A stretch of 64,000 nt of DNA from Vicugna vicugna. Lineage: Eukaryota. Made by a program: the position numbers and the translations under genes. The stretch lies in assembly GCA_013265495.1 (NCBI GenBank), contig MU057809.1, positions 124,001-188,000 on the forward strand. The letters run 5' to 3'. Under the pieces are notes generated by a model, which ran no database searches, was not told the DNA's origin, and saw nothing but the letters and a program-made list of their open reading frames with translations. This document shows, in pieces, positions 56,701-64,000 of the stretch. The stretch's first letter is position 1. Each line of letters starts with the position of its first letter.

Positions 56701-59700
56701 CCTGAGGCCCAAAACGGCTGGCCACCGACGCTGGGGTCACATGGGAGAGGGGACCCAGACCGCCCCGCAGAGCCAGGGTGGGCCGCACACAGCAGCGGCT
56801 CCCAGCACCCTCCTCCCAGACGGCCTGGGCCACCCACACCCAGCCCCCCGGGGACCCCCACTGCCCGGGGGACCCGGGGGCTGGAGCTGCTCCCTGCAGA
56901 ACGTCTGCTCCCACCCTCTCTGCAGCCACCACCCACCACACCAAGAACCACGGCCAAGCGGGAGCTCACGGGGTCCACGCTCCCCGGCTCCCTGGGCGGG
57001 TGCCTCTCCAGGCCTGCCTGCAGGTCACCCCGAGCTGTCTCCGAGTGCGCAGGCTGTTTACCAGCGCTCCTGACAAAACCCCATTGTTACTCACTGGCAG
57101 TCGGAGGCCGAGGGCCGGTAGTAGAAGGGGGGCACTTTGGACTGGAACATGGCTCTGGCGACGGCGTTCCCACGGGAGGCCATGAACTGCGGAGAGAGGA
57201 GGGTCAGGGGCCTGGAGCCCGGGGCCGGCAGATCCCAGACCCCACGGCTTGGCTTGGCCACCTGGACAGGAACCCCTACCCATGTGAGCCGTTCCCCAGC
57301 AGGTGGACCGGCCGGCGTCTGTCCAGAAAGGGTCCCTCCTCGGGAGGGCATCTGGGCTCCACTGACCCGCATTTAGGGAACAGGTGACGTGTGCCAGGTA
57401 CGGGGAGGCCCAGACCAGCCTGGACGACACTCAGCCCCAGAGGGCAGGCAGGCTGCAGAGGTGGGGGATGGGGTTGCCAGCTGTGACCCTTGGGGGTGCG
57501 GGGGGTGGGAAGCCTCTGGAGGAGCTGGCGGGGTGGGGCGTGGCGAGGGAGTCCCAGGAAATAGCACGTGCAAAGGCCCTGAGGTGCGTCGTGCTGGGCA
57601 TGTGGGAAAAGGCGCCCTGGCTGGTGTGCTGACAGTGTGCAGGGGGCGGCAGGGCCTGACCACAGGGGCCTCGGAGACAGGAAGCAGGGTGGCTTCCTTG
57701 TGCTCTGACCCTTCCCTCTAAAGTCACTGCACTTTGAGGACCATGAGATGGTGGCCATGGCGGACCCAGAGGACCGACTGGGAAAAGCCACAAACAATAC
57801 GACGCTTCAGCAAAAGGCTGGTACCAACTTAGAATTCTAAAGCAACGGCTTTCGCACACAGAACGCCAGTCTGCTCAGAGGAAAGGCCCCCTGACAGAGC
57901 AATGGACAGCACGCCTAAGATCCGCCTAGTGAGAGGTGCTCGGCGTCCACGCAGGAACCGCTCCGTGCTCCTGAGGGAAGCACAAGAAACTGGACAAAGA
58001 CCGGCCACGTTCCTGCGTAGGGAGATGTCCCCTTATGTTTGTTTATTTTCAGCAGTTCTCAAAAAGGAAAACCAGGAATAGAATTTTTTTAAGCTAGCAA
58101 TGATTCTAAAGTTCACTTTAAAATTAACAAGCAAAAACATCCCGGAAAATTCTGAAAATGAAGACCCTTCCTACCGGATCTTAAAACCTGTTACGATGCT
58201 GCTATGAACAGAGCAGGTGCTGCCCAGAGAGCCTGGCTCCGCGGGCCGACTCAGCGGGCCTCACAGGACCCAGCGTCCAGTGCCACCCACCCAGACGTGC
58301 GCGGGTGAGCCAGCTGGTGGACAGTGGCGGTGACAGCTCAGACGGGGGGACGTGTCCACTGGCCGGCGGCCAGCAGGAAGCGGGAAACCACCGGAGAAGG
58401 GGAGGAGCTGGGTGCTCGTTCCAGCAAGCAAACTCCGACTGGACCAGAGACTCAGTTTCCAAAGCTAAACAATGAACGTGGTAGACGAAAGTCACAGGAC
58501 AATTCCTAAAGCAACCTTGGGAGACTGCAGGCCGAAGCCTTACGACTTTGGGTGACGACGGCTTCTTGGGCAGCACACCAGAAGGGGCGGTGACCGCCAA
58601 CGGGGACGGGGCCTCCCGAGGCGAGACTCGTGCCCTGGAACCAGAGGGGACGGTGCGCAACGCCGTGAACATGTGTTCTGTGTTTACTTACTTTTTCCCT
58701 GCAGCGTGGCGGACCCGCAGCACGGGGCTCAGGTGAATGACGTGGCGGCTCGAAGTCACGCAGTGACCTCGCGGCCAGCCCAGTCACTGCGAGCCGAGCC
58801 CCGCACACAGCCCCGTCCCCGGACTCAGCCCCCGGGCGCCCGGAGCCTGTGCCTCCGTCTCCCTCACCTGCGTCTCCAGTGCCCGTCCCCCTGCCCTCTG
58901 CAAGCACCTGTTTGTTGTCTGTTTCTGTGAGTCTGTTTTTCACGTCGTTTTGTTTTCAGAATCCACACGTAAGGGCCCTGCAGTCTCGTCTCTCTCATCT
59001 GACAGATTCCATTTGGCACAGTGCCCTCTAGGTCCACCCACGCTGTCGCAAAGGGCCAGATTTTGCTTTGAAATGGCTGAATAATGTTCCTCTGCATACG
59101 ACGCAGACACCCAGGGGAGGGCGCTCTGTGTCTCTGCACCCTGGCTGCTGTAAGCAATTCTGCAGTCAGCACAGGGTGCACATATCTTTTTGATTAAAAA
59201 TACTCTGGTAAACACCCGGAAGTGCAGTTGCTGGCCCTTACGGAGGCTCTGTTTTTCATTTTTAGAGGATCCTCCATACCGTCTCCCACTGTGGCTGCAC
59301 CGATTCACACTCCCAGCAGCAGACGTCCGGTGACATCTCATCGTGGTTCTGGTTAACGCCCTGACGATCCGTGGTGTCGAGCGTCTTTTCAGGGCCTGTG
59401 GGCCATTTGTGTGTCGTGTCTGCTCTGGGAAAATGTCTGTTCAGGTCCTCTGCCCACTCTGAACCTGATTTCCCTCCTTGAATGCTCAGTTGCGTGGGTT
59501 CTTGGTGCGCCGCAGCGCCGACCCTTCGCCAGACGCACCGTCCGCACGCTCCCCCGCCCGCTCGGCGGGGCCTTGCCTTTCTGCTGCTGACGCCCCTCTC
59601 TGTGCAGAAGCCTTTCAGCCTGACGTGACCCTGCCTGTCTGCTGTCGCTTTTGTTGCTGCTGCCCGAGGAGACAGGTCCAGAAGAACGCCGCGGACGCCA

Positions 59701-62700
59701 ACGTCAGAGAGCTCACAGCGTGTTTCCTTCCAGGAGGCTTATGGTTTCAGGTCTCGCGTTCAGGTCTTTAACCCGCTTTGAGCTCATTTTATTTTGCTGG
59801 TGCGAGAAGGTGGCCCAGCCTGACTCCCGTGCGTGCACCCGTCCGGTCTCCCGACTCCGTTTACTGCGGAGACTCTTCCTCGTTGTGCATTCTCGCCTCT
59901 GGCTTGTTCACTTTAACATGGTGACTTCTGTTACACGAGTTTTATCTCAGTAATTAAAACGTTGCAAAGCTCCTTAAGAATGCAAACTGCGTTTGGGGGC
60001 ATTTTTAGGGCAAGAAAGGCAAAAGACAACCCGAAGAATGAGAACAGCCACTCGCGAGTGCTGACAAGGGACTTGCGTCCAGAGCATAAAAAGAGCCTGG
60101 AAAATGAAAACTCCTCACTTGAAAAGACAAAGACGCCCATTTTCCAATGGGTGGAGGATGGGAATGGACACATCTCCAAAGCGGATGTACAGACCGCCAG
60201 GACGCCCACGAAAAGACGCTCAGCACCACTGGCCACAAGGGGGTGCAAACCAGACCCCGGACCCGGCGCCCTCCGGGAGGGCCAGCACCAGACAGGCAGC
60301 TGCAAGCGCCGGCGAGGACGTGCGGACACGGGGCTCTCCGGGCTTCACCGGCGGGAGGGGCGGCTGGCGTGGAAGAGCTCAGCAGACTCGCAGATGTCAA
60401 ACACGGAGCTCCCACAGAGCCGGCACTCCCGCTCGCAGGTGCCCACGGTGAACGCGCCCATGAGGGCCCTCACAGCCCTGCTCACGGCGCTGGGGACACA
60501 AGACAGCCCGGCGCCCGCCAGCTTGCGAGCGGACACGGTGCGGCCCAGGCACACGAGGGACAGGGCTCAGCCACGAAAGGGACGGAGCGTGTGCGAGTCC
60601 TGACAGCACGACGCCCCATGAACAGAGGTCGCAGAAGCACAGGTGCATGACCCCACGGACGCACAGCGTGTAGAACTGGGAAGCCCGTCGGGACACGAAG
60701 CAGATGTGCCGACTCCGCGGGGCTGGGGCGGCGGCCGGGAGAGGCTGCCAGTGGGCGTGGGGCTTATTCCGGGACATGAAAATACTCAGAAACTTGACCG
60801 TGTTGGAGGCCGCACGGCCTGTGACTACGTGAAAACCCCTGCCTTATGTACTTTAAAGAGTGAGGTGTGCGGCGTGTGAGTTACAGAAATAAAGCTGTTC
60901 TGAGTAAAAACAACCCTAGGGGTGGGCAGGCCTGTCTCGGTGAGCTGCAGGCCCTAAGCCACAAAGGCAAAGCTGACACATTTGACTACTTCAAAGTGAA
61001 AACCTTTCCACTGCAAACCCACCATGATCAGAATCAGAAGGCACGTCACCTAGAGACGCCGCCTTCACTCAGCGTCCCCGAGGGCCCAGTTCCCCGACGC
61101 AGAGCCCTCGGGGGGCAGGAGCGGCTGACAGCCCAGCAACAGCCAGGCGGCCAAGGGTTCAGGCGGAGGGCTCGCAGAGGGGCTGAGATGCCGCACAAGG
61201 CGCCGGATGCCTCTCAAGACAGGAAAATGCAGTGAACCCTTGACCCGGAAGTTTGAGTCGGCTCCGCGGGCGAAGGACGGACACAGGGAGGCAGCTGGGC
61301 GGGAGCGTGGGGGAGGCACAGACGGAGTGACGGGGGCCCCTGGACCCCCTTCTAGGAACGCAGGCTCCCGTGACCCCCCTTGCAGGCGATGCTGCATCTG
61401 AGGCCGCTCACTGTCTCGGGGGTCACGGTGGGAAGACCCCTGTGTGTGGCCCAAGGGGCTAGAGAGAGAGACCGGGACCCTCCACCCGGGATCCCGGAGC
61501 GGCACTCGTGTTCCTGTGAAGCACGCGCAGCCGGGGGTGGGGGCATCCCTGCGGCCTCCCGGGGGGGCTCCCGCAGCCACGCCTTCAGAGCTGGGTGATC
61601 AGAGCACGTGGCGGCGGTGTGCAGCCCAGCGTCCGCCCGCTGATGGACGTGGTCTGTCGGCAGGGGACGTTCTGGGCCTTCGTACCAGGTGGGGGGCTGG
61701 CACAGGTGACGGCGCAGGCGGACCTGAAGGGCGATGCTCCATCAGCAAAGGAGCCGGACACGAAAGCCCTCGCCCTCAGCACCGCCCCCACTCGTGGTCA
61801 GATCCGACTCGGGGGCCCATGCGTGGCGGCCTCGGCCTGGGGCGGCGTGGCAGCTGCGGGCTGGGGTTCTTTCTCAAGTGACGAAAATGTTCTAAAATTG
61901 ACTGTGGTGACGGTTGCACAACGCGGCGAACGCACCAGAAGCTGCTGAACTGTGCTGCAGTGGGTGAGCTGGCTGGTCGGCGTGTGAGCTGTATCTCAGC
62001 AAAGCTTTTTAAAGAAGATGTTACAGAAGAATAGAACTTCGGGGAAAAACCATGAAAAGAAACAGAAAGAAAGACAGAAAGAAGTCCCTGGTGCCTGGAC
62101 CCACAGTCAGGGCTGAGCTGGGGGAGGCGGGCGTGTTTATGCCCCAGGCTTCCCGGCTGACCGGATGCCTGGGCCTCGGGGCGGATTGAGGGCAGCCCGG
62201 AGCCCAGGGGCCGTGGCAGACCCCTTCCCCCCGACCCAGCCTCTCCCTTGGGTGGGGATCTTCAGGCCAGGCCCCTCCAGCCCCTGGAGATGGCCCTCTG
62301 TGTAGTGACCAGGCGGATGTGCAGAGGACACAAAGGAAATGAAGGGCCCGCCCGCCCCGGCCCCGGCCCCGGCCCCGGCCCCAGCCCCGCTGGCACCCTC
62401 CCCCCCCGGCCTCTCTGCGGACTTTCTCAGGAGCCTTCGCAGGTGGAAGCCAGAGGTTTCCTGGTCACACCCGTGTCTGGGCCCCCTCCCTCCCTCGACA
62501 AAGGGTGTCACACCCAGCACAGCGTTCCTGCCCTGAGCCCCAGAACCTCCGCGGGCGGCACCAAGGGGCCGTCTGACCACGGGTGGAGTGTGTTTCCAGC
62601 CGCACGCTGCAAGTGCTCGACGCGGCTAGCTGGCCTGCAGGGCAGAGTCTGGCTCGGCAGCAGGCCCGGGTGGGCCCAAGACCCTGCATTTCTGCTATGC

Positions 62701-63736
62701 TCCCTGGGGAGGCCGACGCCACCAGGCTACACTGAGAGCAGCAAACTGTCACCTCCCGGCGGTGAGCTTGGGGCCACCAACCTTGGACCCCCAAGCTCCA
62801 CAGCAGCCCCCATCCAAGACACTGGGCTGTCCCACTGGGCCGTCCCCACCACCCTGACCCCTGGACCCCGCAGACGAATCCGAGCAGCCAGGGGCCTTGC
62901 CCGTCTCCCCACAGCCTCCACTGGGGCTCAGGCCCCACCTGGGTGGTCCCCACAGCCACGTTCCTGTCTGGCGCTCGCTCCTCCAGGCTCTGCCCACTTC
63001 CCTCTCCATGTCAGTCAGGCTGTGTGGCCCTGCCTGCCACCGCTGCCCAGCACCATCCTGCCCGTGTGTCTACAACCTGCGTCCCCGCCCCAAGGCCTTC
63101 CCCAGGGGAGGCAGCTCAGCAGGACTCCCACAACAAGTGTGCGAGAAACGTGGGTCAGGTTTGGATGGGTGAGTGGACAGATGGATGGATGAGGGAAGGG
63201 CCTAATTTTTGTTACCTCCTGTGACTCTCCACACAGTTAGCAATAAAACGCTAAAAACGAGAGGGCAGGCCCCCTTCAGAGCTGCTCCATGTGGGGTCCC
63301 CCGGGCGCCAGAGCGTCCCAGGTGCCGGGATGCGGGCCCGAGCTGCAGGAGCTGCCCGTGGTGAGCTCGGCTCTCACTCATTCCCTCTGCAGCTGCCCCG
63401 AAGGGAGCGGGGAAAGAGGCAGTCTTGGGGCTGGACGCACCGGCTAGGGCTGCACAGCAGGGCTGCGGTCCAGACGCCGGCCCCTGGGCCTCCATCCTGT
63501 CTCAGGTCCCACCAGCCCAGGCCTTCCCAGAGCCCCAGGGATGAAGGGACCTTCTGGCTGCTGTGGCCCAGCCCATCCCCCACCCCACGCCCCCACCCCT
63601 GCTACCTCCACTTGGGCTTCCTCCCAGGCGTCCAGGCGGACCGACTTCACCTTGCTGACCTGGGGGATGTTCCGGTGGATTCCGGAGCAGCTCAGGCAGA
63701 TGAACACCCCCAGGGTGTAGGAGGCCCAGTCTGGAT
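29676..63736 (-). CDS. ADAP1: ArfGAP with dual PH domains 1 (centaurin-alpha1), coding exons 2-11; exon 1 is outside the window
   Basis: Minus-strand exons 63736-63606, 57186-57095, 51960-51878, 44875-44763, 44000-43854, 31156-31073, 30873-30811, 30292-30221, 30013-29785 and 29704-29676 are phase-consistent. They encode the ArfGAP motif half [13 protein letters not shown]1 [22 protein letters not shown]2 [22 protein letters not shown] and the C-terminus VEAHFKHKP*. Confidence 0.97.
29785..30013 (-). CDS. ADAP1: ADAP1 exon 10 ([17 protein letters not shown]...RPMLPQEYA)
   Basis: tgcag|GAC acceptor, G|gtgagg donor; 229 nt. Confidence 0.95.
30221..30292 (-). CDS. ADAP1: ADAP1 exon 9 ([24 protein letters not shown])
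   Basis: cacag|CAG acceptor (NAGNAG), CTG|gtaagg donor; 72 nt. Confidence 0.95.
30811..30873 (-). CDS. ADAP1: ADAP1 exon 8 ([21 protein letters not shown])
   Basis: cctag|CTG acceptor, AAG|gtgagt donor; 63 nt. Confidence 0.95.
31073..31156 (-). CDS. ADAP1: ADAP1 exon 7 ([28 protein letters not shown])
   Basis: cccag|GAG acceptor, GAT|gtgagt donor; 84 nt. Confidence 0.95.
33105..38830 (+). mobile_element. Near full-length, inactivated LINE-1 (5' UTR, ORF1 ~34126-35018, ORF2 ~35090-38812) in ADAP1 intron 6, antisense to ADAP1
   Basis: ORF1 [15 protein letters not shown]...[12 protein letters not shown]; endonuclease [16 protein letters not shown]...YAPN...[41 protein letters not shown]-terminal [15 protein letters not shown]. 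Multiple stops and frameshifts. Confidence 0.95.
39120..43690 (+). mobile_element. Second, older, internally deleted LINE-1 (5' end, ORF1 remnant ~39940-40870, ORF2 remnant ~41400-43690), head-to-tail behind the first
   Basis: gggaagatggtggag L1M-type 5' start; ORF1-like [20 protein letters not shown]2-like [33 protein letters not shown] and [13 protein letters not shown]. Confidence 0.85.
39700..39810. repeat. GA-rich low-complexity tract followed by (CAG)5CAA
   Basis: Read directly from sequence, within the L1 5' region. Confidence 0.8.
43854..44000 (-). CDS. ADAP1: ADAP1 exon 6 ([49 protein letters not shown])
   Basis: cccag|GCC acceptor, AAG|gtgggt donor; 147 nt. Confidence 0.95.
44763..44875 (-). 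CDS. ADAP1: ADAP1 exon 5 ([37 protein letters not shown])
   Basis: cacag|GG acceptor, GAT|gtgagc donor; 113 nt. Confidence 0.95.
49204..49312 (+). mobile_element. tRNA-derived SINE resembling camelid Vic-1, internally deleted, with (GA)n tail
   Basis: gggggaggtgggtgcagctcagtggtggagcacgtgcctagca (A-box) and tail taaacaaacaaagaaacctaattactcctcc resemble the recalled Vic-1 consensus; the B-box segment is absent. Confidence 0.65.
49704..49770. repeat. 29-bp minisatellite, ~2.3 copies (agctgcccacttccagccccc[g/t]ggacccc)
   Basis: Units start at 49704, 49733 and 49762. Confidence 0.85.
51878..51960 (-). CDS. ADAP1: ADAP1 exon 4 ([27 protein letters not shown])
   Basis: tccag|G acceptor, G|gtgagg donor; 83 nt. 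Confidence 0.95.
52470..52880 (-). mobile_element. MLT1 (ERVL-MaLR) solo LTR
   Basis: tcttatgaggacacc...actggatt...ctgcaaagacctcgcttccaaatagggg hallmark of reversed MLT1. Confidence 0.75.
53955..54290 (+). mobile_element. MLT1 (ERVL-MaLR) solo LTR
   Basis: gtcctaacc...cttgtctggaaacagg...gttaagacgaggtc...agggtgggccctagcc...tgaatttttgctgtctcagc. Confidence 0.7.
57095..57186 (-). CDS. ADAP1: ADAP1 exon 3 ([30 protein letters not shown])
   Basis: gcag|TTC acceptor, CA|gtgagt donor; 92 nt. Confidence 0.95.
57720..62020. mobile_element. Cluster of nested, decayed LINE-1 fragments in ADAP1 intron 2: + strand pieces ~57720-58670, ~59945-60910 and ~60920-62020; - strand piece ~58680-59930
   Basis: ORF2 C-terminal peptides ([23 protein letters not shown] on +; [14 protein letters not shown] on -) and L1M 3' ends (gtactttaaa...aataaagctg at ~60850-60900; ctgtatctcagcaaagct at ~61990). 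Confidence 0.8.
62354..62389 (-). repeat. GGGGCC-type hexanucleotide repeat (6 units, one imperfect)
   Basis: (gccccg)4 gcccca gccccg on the + strand. Confidence 0.85.
63606..63736 (-). CDS. ADAP1: ADAP1 exon 2 ([43 protein letters not shown])
   Basis: ttccag|AT acceptor, GAG|gtagc donor on minus strand; 131 nt. Confidence 0.95.
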
Positions 63737-64000
63737 CTGGAAGACAAAGGAGGCATCAGGAGGCTGAGCCACGGGTCTCCTGGGCTCGGAAGCCCCGCGC
63801 CTCTCTCTGGCCTCAGTCTCCTCACCTGTGCACAGGAGGCCGGCCAGGAGCCCAAGGGTCACCAGCTCCGTGGACCCTGGGCAGGGGTCCCCCCACCATA
63901 GACGAGCAGCCCCACCCCCTCGTCCTGACGGCCCCAGGGACCAAGGGGGCCCTGAGGGGACAACGCCATCGCTGTGGACGCAGGGCAACCTGCTGACAGG

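Noticed and set aside
46450..57430. Long ORFs (230-280 aa) in ADAP1 introns 2-4 as a nested gene
   Set aside because: Pro/Gly/Arg-rich, overlapping on both strands and partly over MLT1/MIR relics; expected by chance at this GC content.
62248..63192. 314-aa plus-strand ORF in ADAP1 intron 2
   Set aside because: Starts at a non-ATG codon, spans a GC hexamer repeat and ends in an L2-like tail; no domain similarity recognised.

Overview
Mammalian genomic DNA, GC- and CpG-rich, carrying the conserved SUN1-GET4-ADAP1 block. It contains the last 9 coding exons of SUN1 (+, 409-10855), the complete 9-exon GET4 gene (+, 13312-27299, 327 aa) with a CpG-island promoter directly behind the SUN1 poly(A) signals, and coding exons 2-11 of ADAP1 (-, 63736-29676; exon 1 lies beyond the window end), convergent with GET4. 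Exon boundaries were read from GT/AG sites and checked for phase continuity; one SUN1 donor is ambiguous. Introns hold many decayed retroelements: two head-to-tail LINE-1 relics filling most of ADAP1 intron 6, nested old L1s, MLT1 LTRs, MIR/L2 fragments, a tiny Tigger-type MITE, and a tRNA-derived SINE resembling camelid Vic-1, which suggests a camel/alpaca genome (inference). I found no convincing novel gene or undescribed system; most ORFs in the track are GC-rich shadows. The best leads are strongly GC/CpG-shifted L1 relics (possible GC-biased gene conversion), a non-L1 A-tailed segment replacing an L1 3' UTR, a triple GTCACGTG E-box cluster in the GET4 promoter, and SUN1-GET4 read-through potential. 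Gene and repeat family assignments come from recalled sequences, not database searches.
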